Source of the DNA: an uncultured Candidatus Saccharibacteria bacterium
GTDB lineage: Bacteria > Patescibacteriota > Saccharimonadia > Saccharimonadales > CAZDBS01
NCBI GenBank assembly: GCA_964635445.1
Contig: CAZWNK010000001.1
Location: 3,422 to 67,421 of the forward strand
Reading direction: 5' to 3'
Length of the DNA stretch: 64,000 bases
A model generated the notes under the pieces. The model had not been told where the DNA came from. It made no database searches and was given only the letters and a program-made list of their open reading frames with translations. Shown here piece by piece: positions 11,466-20,848 of the stretch. How positions within the stretch are numbered: the stretch's first letter is position 1; each line of letters opens with the position of its first letter. The position numbers and the translations under genes are program-made.

Positions 11466-11654
11466 TTAACGAACAATAATATAAACAGATATAAAGAGGG
11501 CCGCAAAAAAAGCGACAAAACATATCACACTAAGATATGTGCGAAAATTCTGCTCATGCGGCACTGCATAGCCGACACTTCGGCCTATAAATATACCGAC
11601 AAAAACGAGCGGTAGACTCAACACAAGAAGGAAGCTCGCGGCTACCCATTTCAT
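11466..11654 (-). CDS. Small two-TM membrane protein
   Basis: 62 aa with two hydrophobic segments; fills the gap between hisS and tig. Confidence 0.5.
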   Translation of the reverse strand: MKWVAASFLLVLSLPLVFVGIFIGRSVGYAVPHEQNFRTYLSVICFVAFFAALFISVYIIVR

Positions 11655-11659
11655 AGGCT

Positions 11660-12952
11660 TTACTCGCTTCTTTCGTCCAATACCGTCTGAACGACTCTTT
11701 CGATACTAAGGCTTTGCTCAGTACCACTTTTTAGTTCTTTGAGCTTATATTGCTGCTCTTGTAACTCTCGGTCGCCTACGAAGAGTACATAGGGCACTCC
11801 TTGTTTCTCGGCAGACTGGATTTGTTTATCGAGTTTGCGCCCCGTGACGTCGACAGCTACTTTGACGCCTTCCTCACGCAGTATGGCAATTGGTTTTTGT
11901 GCCTGTATCAATACATCGCCGATAAGCACAACGTAGACCTGTACTTCACTCACGAGCTCTGGGAGTAGCTGATGACTCTCGAGGAAGTTTTGTAATGGCA
12001 CGTCGCCCATGGCAAACCCGACACTCGAGACGGGCTCCACTCCGAACAATCCAACGAGTCCATCATATCGACCGCCACCAAACATTGAGCGGTTATTCTC
12101 CGGATCCGTATCAAATACTTCGAAGACGATGTCGGTGTAGTAATCAAATCCACGCATCAGCGTCAGATCGATAGGTGTATTTGTGATACCGACTTCTTTG
12201 AGCATGGCCTCGAGCTTCAGAAGATTAGCGAGCGACTCATTGCTTTTGAGCTCGTCGGGCATGTCTTCTAGTGATTTTGCTTTCAAGACATTGATGAGTT
12301 GCGAAGCTTTGTCATCGCCAACGAGCGCTTGGAGCTGAAGCTCAAACTCGGATGTCTCCATCTTCTGCATGCGGTCTGTGAGTCGTATGACAGCTCGTGC
12401 GCGCTCTTGATCGAGTCCAAGATATACTTGCAACAGATAGTCCACAAACTTGCGACTATTCAGCTTGATGTCATACATAGATGACTTCGCGCCATAATTC
12501 TTCAGAATTGCATCAACGATTTGAACCATCTCGAAGTCACCTTCGATTCCTGATACTCCAAATAGATCAACGTTGAGTTGCCAAAATTCACGAAGTCGAC
12601 CACGTTGCGGCCGCTCATAACGCCAGAGATTGGGTATGCTGTACCAACGAGCTGGATATGCCAACTCCTGACGCCGTGCAGCTACCATACGGCTAACTGA
12701 TGGTGTCATCTCGGTGCGGATCGTCACGCTGCGGCCACCACGGTCTTCGAAAGTATAGGTTTGTTCATTGACAATCTCGTCGCTTGTTTTCGAAGCGTAG
12801 ATCTCTGTCGGTTCGAGAATCGGTGCATCATATTCCTGATAGCCAAAAGATTCACACACTTCACGGATTTTGCCGAACATGTATTTTTGGATGCGCTTGT
12901 CTTCTGGATAGAAGTCCCTCGCACCTTTATAGGGTTGTGTAGATAAACTCAT
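11660..12952 (-). CDS. hisS: Histidine--tRNA ligase
   Basis: KGARDF, WRYERPQRGRLREF, RGFDYYT, GGGRYDGL. Confidence 0.97.
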   Translation of the reverse strand: MSLSTQPYKGARDFYPEDKRIQKYMFGKIREVCESFGYQEYDAPILEPTEIYASKTSDEIVNEQTYTFEDRGGRSVTIRTEMTPSVSRMVAARRQELAYPARWYSIPNLWRYERPQRGRLREFWQLNVDLFGVSGIEGDFEMVQIVDAILKNYGAKSSMYDIKLNSRKFVDYLLQVYLGLDQERARAVIRLTDRMQKMETSEFELQLQALVGDDKASQLINVLKAKSLEDMPDELKSNESLANLLKLEAMLKEVGITNTPIDLTLMRGFDYYTDIVFEVFDTDPENNRSMFGGGRYDGLVGLFGVEPVSSVGFAMGDVPLQNFLESHQLLPELVSEVQVYVVLIGDVLIQAQKPIAILREEGVKVAVDVTGRKLDKQIQSAEKQGVPYVLFVGDRELQEQQYKLKELKSGTEQSLSIERVVQTVLDERSE

Positions 12953-12992
12953 ACTGTCTCCATCTTATCTTAAAAGTTACAAAAAAGAATAT

Positions 12993-13018
12993 AAAAAGCC
13001 GGCGCAGGGCCGGCTTTT
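12993..13018 (-). terminator. Attenuator terminator in the hisS leader
   Basis: AAAAGCCGGC-CCTGC-GCCGGCTTTTT on the minus strand, ~40 nt upstream of the hisS ATG. Confidence 0.85.
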
Positions 13019-13034
13019 CTAGACAATAGAAAAC

Positions 13035-13091
13035 TTACCTGGCACTGCCCGGCGAGATATGGAGATGATGGATGTTTTGTACTGCGTACAT
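13035..13091 (-). CDS. His-rich leader peptide MYAVQNIHHLHISPGSAR (hisS attenuator)
   Basis: 18-codon ORF with CAT CAT CTC CAT, preceded by TGtTATAGT and followed by a terminator. Confidence 0.8.
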   Translation of the reverse strand: MYAVQNIHHLHISPGSAR

Positions 13092-13138
13092 ACTGATACT
13101 ATAACACGATGCACATAATATGTCTATCATGCTTACGT

Positions 13139-14104
13139 CTACCCCGTTTTCTTGAATAGGTCGCTGATAATCTCTTCCAATGGAACAGACTGTATAGTGA
13201 TGTCCGCTACTTTGAATGTGGCAAAGATCCTCTGGATCGACTCCAGATAATCTTTCTGTTTGATCTTCAACTGTGCGACAGAATCCTGAAACGAAACCAC
13301 TTTTCCAAACTCTCTCAGTAGCGCAGGATCGATATCGTCTTCGAAAACAACACGCACATACTTGTACCCACCATGATCCTTCGCAAGCCTCCCCATGCTC
13401 CCGTCATAGCCGACACTTCCTTTATTGATCACTATGACCCTCTCGCACACTTCCTCGATATCATCCATGTCATGACTGGTGAGGAGCAAAGTTTTACCTT
13501 GCTCCTTGTGCAGTTGTCTCAAAAAAGCGCGTACTTCGCGTTTCGCATCGATATCCAGACCGATAGTTGGCTCGTCGAGGAAGAGTATTTCTGGATCATG
13601 AAGAATCGAACCGATGAGTTCCATTTTCATCCGTTCCCCTAGACTCAAACGTCGGATCTGCGTATTCATGACATGCTCAACTCGGAGAAGTTTGGTGAGC
13701 CTTTTGACTCGCTCGTCATATTGATCACTTGGTATCTCGTAGATATGCCGTAAGAAGACAAATGACTGCGCAGCTGATAAATCCCAGTTCAATCCTGCTT
13801 TATTACCCATGACTAAGCCTATACGTTTCAAGAACTCGGTTTTCCTATCTTGAGGAGTGAAACCAAGCACTCGTACATCACCCGTCGACGGATAGATGAG
13901 ACCGGTCAACATCTTGATCGTGGTCGTTTTTCCTGCACCGTTCGGTCCTAAGAAAGCGACACTTTCGCCTGCTTTGATAGCAAGATTTACGTCACGTACT
14001 GCATGAACTTCTTTCCAATCAGGTCGCCAGATACCTGTGATTAAATTCTTATTTGTTCTTGCACGAAATGATTTGCCCAACTGGTGTGTATCAATAATAT
14101 TCAT
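13139..14104 (-). CDS. ABC transporter ATP-binding protein
   Basis: GPNGAGKTT, LSLGE, LDEPT, H-loop SHDM. Confidence 0.95.
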   Translation of the reverse strand: MNIIDTHQLGKSFRARTNKNLITGIWRPDWKEVHAVRDVNLAIKAGESVAFLGPNGAGKTTTIKMLTGLIYPSTGDVRVLGFTPQDRKTEFLKRIGLVMGNKAGLNWDLSAAQSFVFLRHIYEIPSDQYDERVKRLTKLLRVEHVMNTQIRRLSLGERMKMELIGSILHDPEILFLDEPTIGLDIDAKREVRAFLRQLHKEQGKTLLLTSHDMDDIEEVCERVIVINKGSVGYDGSMGRLAKDHGGYKYVRVVFEDDIDPALLREFGKVVSFQDSVAQLKIKQKDYLESIQRIFATFKVADITIQSVPLEEIISDLFKKTG

Positions 14105-14898
14105 GATGATGCTGATGTATATCGTTTAAGACTAGCGCGCCATAGTCGTCGTTGCAAGAAATAAGCCAAGCTAAGCGCCATAATAGCCCAGGGCAGAACG
14201 TTCATAATTGATAGTTTGCCTATCATTATGGCAGTACTGACATTGGCAACTAGAAAACCTGGCATAAAGAATATGAGGAACTTTCGAAGCGGCCCTTGGA
14301 TTGCAGATTCCGGATACTCAGTACCACCTCCATTTACGCCCCATATTGCAAGTTTAAGAAAGGGATTGCCGCCACTTTCCTGCCAAAACGCGAGCAAAGC
14401 TGTGGTGAAGAGATACAGTAAATCCAAAACAAAGCCCAATAAGAGAATTATCATTCCTAGGACTACGTTTCGCAAAGTTATATGGAGACTCCCCCAATTG
14501 ATATCCCATATGACGAGCAATATCGCTACCCCGTCCCGTACCATATAAACTGGGCTAAAGCTATTTATCAACAGATATAGCTTCCGTGGCAATGGTTTCA
14601 GCAACACAAGATCCCAACTGCCATCATTAATCATAATCGATAGCGCACCCAGTGAATCGCTAAACGGACCTACAGCATAAAGCGAAAGCTGCAGCAATAA
14701 CATGATGAGTAATATGTCGTTCAAAGTGTATCCAGCTACAGTCCCTATCTCGCGGAATGTGAGATGCAAGACTACGAGATATGAAAGTGTATAGAAAATT
14801 GTCGAAAAAAAGTTTGCCCAATTTTCACCAAAATATGCAAGGTTTTGCTTGGTGTTATACGAAATGATAGCTAGAACTAACTTTAAGTTTTTTCTCAT
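14101..14898 (-). CDS. ABC-2 family permease (DUF990-like)
   Basis: Multi-TM, GSWDLVLLKP, C-terminal RYTSASS. Confidence 0.85.
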   Translation of the reverse strand: MRKNLKLVLAIISYNTKQNLAYFGENWANFFSTIFYTLSYLVVLHLTFREIGTVAGYTLNDILLIMLLLQLSLYAVGPFSDSLGALSIMINDGSWDLVLLKPLPRKLYLLINSFSPVYMVRDGVAILLVIWDINWGSLHITLRNVVLGMIILLLGFVLDLLYLFTTALLAFWQESGGNPFLKLAIWGVNGGGTEYPESAIQGPLRKFLIFFMPGFLVANVSTAIMIGKLSIMNVLPWAIMALSLAYFLQRRLWRASLKRYTSASS

Positions 14899-14899
14899 G

Positions 14900-15712
14900 T
14901 CAGATACCTACCGCCTCATATGAACGAAGCCCTCTCTTCCAGAAACGGAGACTGAGGTAAAAAATAGGCAGTGCCCATAACGTACCAAGCATCACGAGTC
15001 GTGAAGGTACTTCAACTCCCTGAAGCAATCGCACAGGTAAGTAGTATGTTGAAGCTGATGGCAATACTTCCAAAACCTTAACAACAGGGGCGGAAAGCAA
15101 AAATAATGGCACCCATTCTCCGCGGAAAACGCGGAGTACGTGAAGCAGAACATTTCTAAGTGATTTACCTTCTGTCGTATAGAACGTCAATGTTGAGAAA
15201 AATATGTTAAATGACAGATTGAGAATAAAAGCATTGACGAGCGCCACCCCTATGATCGCAGCTCTTGTAAGCGTCATGTGTGCGAATAACCCCTGGCTCA
15301 TCACGATGCCGATAATCAGCAGAACTACTGACCATATTTGTCCCATGACATACCCTGGCATTGTTTTCGCATACAACTGAACTAATGGACTACCGGGACG
15401 CGACAAAAGATAGTTCAATTGCCCAGTTTTAATATGCTTAGTAGACACAGACGACATCTGAGCATCACACAAGAAAAAGGCATAGAGAAACTCCGCTATG
15501 AAAAAGTAACTGATTATTTCACTAAGGGGTGTGGAGGATAGATTGCTGTGACGTACAACAATCGACCAGAACAGAATTCTAAAACCTAATCCCCAGATAT
15601 AATGTAAAAGCGATCCGAAAAGCGTAAGAGGATAGCGAGTCAAAATTTTGAGCTGATACCACCAAGAGATCCAAACAAGACGGTTAAACCGCCGCACGTC
15701 AGCAAAATACAT
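14900..15712 (-). CDS. ABC-2 family permease (DUF990-like)
   Basis: Multi-TM, IKTGQLNYLLSRP, C-terminal GLRSYEAVG. Confidence 0.85.
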   Translation of the reverse strand: MYFADVRRFNRLVWISWWYQLKILTRYPLTLFGSLLHYIWGLGFRILFWSIVVRHSNLSSTPLSEIISYFFIAEFLYAFFLCDAQMSSVSTKHIKTGQLNYLLSRPGSPLVQLYAKTMPGYVMGQIWSVVLLIIGIVMSQGLFAHMTLTRAAIIGVALVNAFILNLSFNIFFSTLTFYTTEGKSLRNVLLHVLRVFRGEWVPLFLLSAPVVKVLEVLPSASTYYLPVRLLQGVEVPSRLVMLGTLWALPIFYLSLRFWKRGLRSYEAVGI

Positions 15713-15736
15713 ACTGCTTATTCTAGCATTGAATAC

Positions 15737-16255
15737 TCATAGCTGGGTGATAAATGTTCGAACAGCTTCCTCTGCTAGTCGTTGACGATTCGAGAAGTTT
15801 TCGTCTGTAATGCCCAACCCAGTATCTGCTTGGTGGTCAGTGAGGAATTTCTGATGATCCTCTGACCAAGATTTTACGTACTCTTCTGGTGGATGGTATT
15901 CTTTCGCATTTTGTAGCTTCGCGATAAATTCATCGCTTAGATCCATCGATATGACGAATACTCTATAGCCCTTTTCTTCGGCCAACTTCTTTATATCATC
16001 CATTCGGCGATCGACACTCGTATCGTAGATAAAACTAGACTTCTTGTCGAAAAGGATGTCAGCTCGTTCATCTCGTAGAGCTTCAAACTTCTCTTGGTTG
16101 AGGTAAGCTTCAAGCGTGTCTTCGTGTACTTCGACACGGATGACATTATTACTAAGTACTGGTAGGTCAAACACGAGCGACAATCGCATGGCGATTGCAC
16201 TTTTACCCGACCCTGGAACTCCTGCAAATGTGACGAGAAATGGTTTACGATTCAT
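15737..16255 (-). CDS. AAA_33-like P-loop nucleotide kinase
   Basis: N-terminal GVPGSGKS Walker A, 172 aa. Confidence 0.75.
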   Translation of the reverse strand: MNRKPFLVTFAGVPGSGKSAIAMRLSLVFDLPVLSNNVIRVEVHEDTLEAYLNQEKFEALRDERADILFDKKSSFIYDTSVDRRMDDIKKLAEEKGYRVFVISMDLSDEFIAKLQNAKEYHPPEEYVKSWSEDHQKFLTDHQADTGLGITDENFSNRQRLAEEAVRTFITQL

Positions 16256-16330
16256 GTATGTGATTATACAACTATTGACAATGGACCATAAACCAAGCTA
16301 AATAGTAAAAATCTAATTTGAAGGTACACC

Positions 16331-16747
16331 ATGAGTCAAGGACAAATAAGCACAAAGGAGATTATCGATACCTCACTCGCACAAGACCTCACGACTCGGG
16401 AAGGATTCAGAACATATCTCAAAAATGGACCCGACAGACCGCAGTCAAACCTGAGACGCATGCATCGCGAAAGAGCTGGTATTATAAGTGGCCGCGCTTC
16501 TCATATCTGGGAAGCGATGGTACGCAGAGCTGAAGAACTGGTCGACACATCTCCAGAAACTAAAGAGCTGGTGCATGACGCATTTCCTAACCTAGGTTCC
16601 TCGGGATATACAATTGGCTTAAAGGTCGCAGACATAGATCTAGACGATGCGGCTGATTACAGAACTTTTTCAAAAGCCGAGATTGAAGACAGATCATCAA
16701 GAACAACTATACCGTGCGATACCTGCCGGCGATTAGAGTTAGAGTAA
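16331..16747 (+). CDS. Hypothetical protein (C-terminal CxxC)
   Basis: 138-aa ORF with upstream GAAGG; converges on tRNA-Leu. Confidence 0.55.
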   Translation: MSQGQISTKEIIDTSLAQDLTTREGFRTYLKNGPDRPQSNLRRMHRERAGIISGRASHIWEAMVRRAEELVDTSPETKELVHDAFPNLGSSGYTIGLKVADIDLDDAADYRTFSKAEIEDRSSRTTIPCDTCRRLELE

Positions 16748-16775
16748 CAAAAAACGCATATACTACTTACTAAAA

Positions 16776-16860
16776 TGGTGCGGATGATAGGACTCGAACC
16801 TACACACCTTGCGGTACTAGCTCCTAAGGCTAGCGTGTCTACCAATTTCACCACATCCGC
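16776..16860 (-). tRNA. tRNA-Leu(TAG)
   Basis: GCGGATGTGGTGAAATTGGTAGACACGCTAGCCTTAGGAGCTAG...GGTTCGAGTCCTATCATCCGCACCA; long variable arm, CCA end. Confidence 0.97.
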
Positions 16861-16973
16861 ACATAGGTACCCCAACAAAGAAGTGCCAGTATTTGCTATC
16901 CAGCGGATCGCCACCCACCGTAATGCAGAACTATTGTAGTCTACCTCTGTTAAAATGCAAAATAAAAAGACCG

Positions 16974-17528
16974 TTAACGGCCTTCTAGTCGGTAGAAGAC
17001 CAGTGCCGCGTCACCATAACTTCGATTGTCCACCACAACAACCCCTTGTATACCCGACACGTGGTCTCTACCTGGTTGGGATAGTACCATAACGCTCGTG
17101 TTTTTCATATGTTTCACGAGCTTTGAAACTGTGGATAACTGCATGTTGTCGTACGGTGGGTCGCACAAAATCAGATCGAACTTTTCATCAGGATGTTGAT
17201 CTGACCACACTCCTGCGCTCATCTGGTGAAATTCAAACTTATCAGCAAGATCTTCGTGGGGTGCACGGAATAATGCTTTGGCTGCCTCTCTGACTGCATG
17301 TGCAGCTTGTTTATCGCGATCAAGCGCGACGACATACTCCGCCCCACGACTCAACGCTTCGAATGCTAGTGCGCCACTTCCACTAAACGCATCCAATACC
17401 CGCAAGCCTTCGATATCGCCAAGGATTCCGAAAAGCCCGCCCATAACTCGCGTACTCATCGGATGAGTTCTATTGCCTTTCGGCGCTTCAAATATTCTTC
17501 CAGATAATTGTCCAGCTATGATCCGCAT
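16974..17528 (-). CDS. rsmD: 16S rRNA m2G966 methyltransferase RsmD family
   Basis: MRIIAG, VLDAFSGSGAL, DPPY. Confidence 0.9.
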   Translation of the reverse strand: MRIIAGQLSGRIFEAPKGNRTHPMSTRVMGGLFGILGDIEGLRVLDAFSGSGALAFEALSRGAEYVVALDRDKQAAHAVREAAKALFRAPHEDLADKFEFHQMSAGVWSDQHPDEKFDLILCDPPYDNMQLSTVSKLVKHMKNTSVMVLSQPGRDHVSGIQGVVVVDNRSYGDAALVFYRLEGR

Positions 17529-19567
17529 CAGTTTAGATTTGTGACAGCCCTGAGACGCTGCACATGCTCCTTTAATATTGGGAATTGTAGCAAATCTTCC
17601 TGACGATCGATGAATTCTTGAGCAGCCTTTCGAGCTGCGGCAATAAGCTTGGTATCCGTCAACTTGGCAATACGAAGGTCCAATATGCCCGACTGTCGTG
17701 TGCCATAGATAGCGCCAGGCCCCCGTAGCTCGAGATCAAACTCAGCCAGTCGAAATCCATCAGTCGATGATTCCAGAGCTCGCAGACGTTGGCTCGGTTC
17801 TTTGCTGTTGCTCGGTACCAAGAAACAATACGCTTGATGAGAGCTCCTCCCTACTCTGCCACGCAACTGATGAAGCTGCGCCAGGCCAAACCGTTCTGCG
17901 CCCTCTATCAGCATCACCGAGGCATTGGGTATATTTACTCCGACCTCTATGACAGTCGTTGCGATCAAGATATCGAGTTCATGACGAGCGAATGAAGCGA
18001 TGATCTGTTCTTTTTCATCACTTTTCAGCTTTCCATGCAACAATCCTATCCGTCGATGCTTGAAAATGGTTTTCTGGAGTTTCTCGTACTCTTGTTCGAC
18101 ACTTGTCACCCCAAGATTATCGGATTCACTGATCAATGGACACACAACAAATACTTGCCGGCCAGCTTCTATCTGTTCATCGATTTGTTTATAGAGTTGT
18201 GATCGAGAGTTGGGTGAATGTATTTCGGTTTTCACTGGTTTACGTCCTGGCGGTAGCTCGTCGATGACAGATATATCGAGCTCGCCATAAAGAGTCAATG
18301 CCAACGTTCGTGGGATAGGCGTCGCTGTCATACTGAGGACATGCGGCATGTGCCCAGCTTTTGCTTGTAATTTTTTGCGTTGATCCACACCAAATCGATG
18401 TTGCTCGTCGATGATGACCAGCCCTAGTTTGTGCATGTCTACATCTTCTTCAATCAACGCGTGCGTACCCACGACAAGTCGTGTAGCACCAGACTTGACG
18501 GCATCTTTTATCCGAGTTTTGTCTGGAGATTTGATGCCACTCACCAGCAGCTCAGCTTTGAGCGGGAGTGGGTGAAAGTTTTGAAATATAGCATTGAGTG
18601 TTTCTTGATGTTGTCGAGCGAGAATTTCAGTCGGCGCCATGAGCGACACTTGATAGCCTGCAGCGATCGTTTCTATAGCTGCCATAGCAGCCACGATAGT
18701 TTTGCCAGATCCAACATCACCTTCGACAAGGCGATTCATGGGCTGTGTTTTTTCCAAATCTTTGAAAATCTGCCACGCAACCCGCCGTTGTGCATCAGTC
18801 AAAGGAAATGGTAGTGACGATACGAATTCTTTGATCAACGCTTCATCGAAGGGAATAGTCAATGAATGTTCTGTATAGAGTTCGTATTTGTTGAGCAAAC
18901 TTGCGAGCGTGAGATAGAAAACTTCCTCAAAACCTAATCTTGCTCGAGCTCGTGCAAGATCCTCGACGTCCTTGGGAAAATGAACCGCGAACACAGCTTG
19001 CGCTCGAGGCATCAGGCGAAATGTCACCATTAACCAGTCTGGCATACTCTCTGGAAGTGAATCTATCAATGGGGCCAATTCGCGTATAAGTTTGCGAATC
19101 ACATGAGATTTGAGCCCTATCGTCTCTCTATAGACCGGTATGACGCGTGCTGTGTTGGTCGGGAAACTACTCACCAATTCCATCGATGGATTCATCAAGA
19201 CAAATCGTCTGTTTGAAAGCTCAAAATTGCCTGACAGGAAATACTCAGCATCTTTCTTGATGGCCGTGGCTCGATACGGTTGATTGAACCATACGACTCT
19301 GAGAGATCCGGTCTCGTCACTAATGATCGCCTCAGTGATATGTAGACCGCGACGCACATACCTTCCTGCTACTTGCGTGACGCGACCCTGGACAGATACT
19401 TGACCTTGTTTTATCTGACCAATCGGTATGAGCTCAGAGTAGTCTTCGTATTTGCGCGGAAAATTGAGCAGAAGATCCTCAACTGTTTCCAACTTCAGCG
19501 TTTTTAGCTTCTCAGCAACAGCTGGACCTACTCCTTTTACATGTTGCAGCGGAGATCGCAAATCCAT
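17528..19567 (-). CDS. recG: ATP-dependent DNA helicase RecG
   Basis: GDVGSGKT, DEQHRFGV, MTATPIPRTL, QLRGRVGR. Confidence 0.97.
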   Translation of the reverse strand: MDLRSPLQHVKGVGPAVAEKLKTLKLETVEDLLLNFPRKYEDYSELIPIGQIKQGQVSVQGRVTQVAGRYVRRGLHITEAIISDETGSLRVVWFNQPYRATAIKKDAEYFLSGNFELSNRRFVLMNPSMELVSSFPTNTARVIPVYRETIGLKSHVIRKLIRELAPLIDSLPESMPDWLMVTFRLMPRAQAVFAVHFPKDVEDLARARARLGFEEVFYLTLASLLNKYELYTEHSLTIPFDEALIKEFVSSLPFPLTDAQRRVAWQIFKDLEKTQPMNRLVEGDVGSGKTIVAAMAAIETIAAGYQVSLMAPTEILARQHQETLNAIFQNFHPLPLKAELLVSGIKSPDKTRIKDAVKSGATRLVVGTHALIEEDVDMHKLGLVIIDEQHRFGVDQRKKLQAKAGHMPHVLSMTATPIPRTLALTLYGELDISVIDELPPGRKPVKTEIHSPNSRSQLYKQIDEQIEAGRQVFVVCPLISESDNLGVTSVEQEYEKLQKTIFKHRRIGLLHGKLKSDEKEQIIASFARHELDILIATTVIEVGVNIPNASVMLIEGAERFGLAQLHQLRGRVGRSSHQAYCFLVPSNSKEPSQRLRALESSTDGFRLAEFDLELRGPGAIYGTRQSGILDLRIAKLTDTKLIAAARKAAQEFIDRQEDLLQFPILKEHVQRLRAVTNLN

Positions 19568-19582
19568 GTATATATTGTAGTC

Positions 19583-20755
19583 TTATTCGACTGTCACGCG
19601 CACAAAACGTCGTTTACCTACCTGGACGACATCATTGTTCTGGATAGTTATATTCTCTGTCGTGACTGGTTTTTGGTTGAGCTTAACACCACCTTGCTCG
19701 AAAAGTCGGCGTGCCTCAGATTTACTTTCAGCTAGATGCAGTGTCGTAAGTAAATCTGCTACATCCCAGTCCGCTTCAGAAAGTTCAACCTCAGGAATGT
19801 CGGTCGGCATCTCGCCGTCACTAAATTGAGCAAGCCACCCCGCCTGTACTCTGTCAGCAGTTTCAGTATCATGGAGCTCCTGAACGACTTGATGTGCCAT
19901 CAAGAGCTTGATATCTCGCGGGTTAGCTCCTTGTTTGAGTTTCATCTCTTGTTCGGCGACTTGATTTAGAGGCATATCGGTCACATGGGTCAGATAGTCG
20001 ATGATGAGATCGTCTTGGAGCGCCATGAGCTTTCCGAATTTGTCTTCAGGCATATCATCCAACCACACACAGTTCCCGCTGGATTTACTCATTTGCTTCC
20101 CGTCAGTTCCCATGATCATCGGCGTCTCGAGCACCCACTTATCTTTGCCCTTCATCTTCTGCATGAGTTCACGACCTACAAGCATATTGAACTCTTGGTC
20201 AGTACCACCTATTTCCAGATCCACATCCATCACAACAGAATCATAGCCCTGGAGCATAGGGTACATAGTCTCGTGATACCAGACTGTATTGCCATGGTCC
20301 AATCGTCTCGTAAACGAATCCCGTTTGAATAGTTGTATCGCTGATAGGTTTGAAGCAACATTGATGATGTCTGCCAAATTCATCTTTGTTAACCAATCGC
20401 CGTTTTGCTTGATAGTTACCAGACTGAAGTCCACTAAACCCTCAGCTTGTCGCTTCCAGTTTTTGATATTTTCGTCGATCTGATCTTGGGTAATATGCGG
20501 ACGAGCCTCGTCTCTCAGGCTTGGGTCGCCAGCAAGGACTGTTCCTGTTCCGAACAAAAAGATCACTTCATGGCCTGCACGCGCAAAATCCATGAGTTTT
20601 TTCATACCCACAGCATGACCGAGGTGTAGACGAGCGCCAGTCGGATCAAAACCTTGATACAAGCGGATTTTCCGCTGGCTCATAAGTTTTTCAAGACTCG
20701 CTTGATCAGGCAGCACTTTTGCTACACGACGGCTGAAAATATTATCGTTTGTCAT
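19583..20755 (-). CDS. tyrS: Tyrosine--tRNA ligase
   Basis: GFDPT..LHLGH, QGYD, GGTDQ, QMSKS, C-terminal S4 domain. Confidence 0.96.
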   Translation of the reverse strand: MTNDNIFSRRVAKVLPDQASLEKLMSQRKIRLYQGFDPTGARLHLGHAVGMKKLMDFARAGHEVIFLFGTGTVLAGDPSLRDEARPHITQDQIDENIKNWKRQAEGLVDFSLVTIKQNGDWLTKMNLADIINVASNLSAIQLFKRDSFTRRLDHGNTVWYHETMYPMLQGYDSVVMDVDLEIGGTDQEFNMLVGRELMQKMKGKDKWVLETPMIMGTDGKQMSKSSGNCVWLDDMPEDKFGKLMALQDDLIIDYLTHVTDMPLNQVAEQEMKLKQGANPRDIKLLMAHQVVQELHDTETADRVQAGWLAQFSDGEMPTDIPEVELSEADWDVADLLTTLHLAESKSEARRLFEQGGVKLNQKPVTTENITIQNNDVVQVGKRRFVRVTVE

Positions 20756-20848
20756 GATTTTCCTCTTTAGTACATAGTATATAGAACCTTAGCTACAATC
20801 CAAGCGGAATGGTATACTGAATCCAAGCGAAGGGTATAATGAGGTGGT

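Noticed and set aside
12953-13138. T-box riboswitch upstream of hisS
   Set aside because: No T-box consensus (AAGGTGGCACC-like) or stem I; a His leader peptide explains the terminator better.
13139-16776. Possible genomic island integrated at the tRNA-Leu 3' end (ABC exporter, kinase, orphan)
   Set aside because: No integrase and no duplicated tRNA 3' end found near 13100.
16657-16914. 85-aa minus-strand ORF
   Set aside because: It reads through the tRNA-Leu gene and is spurious.
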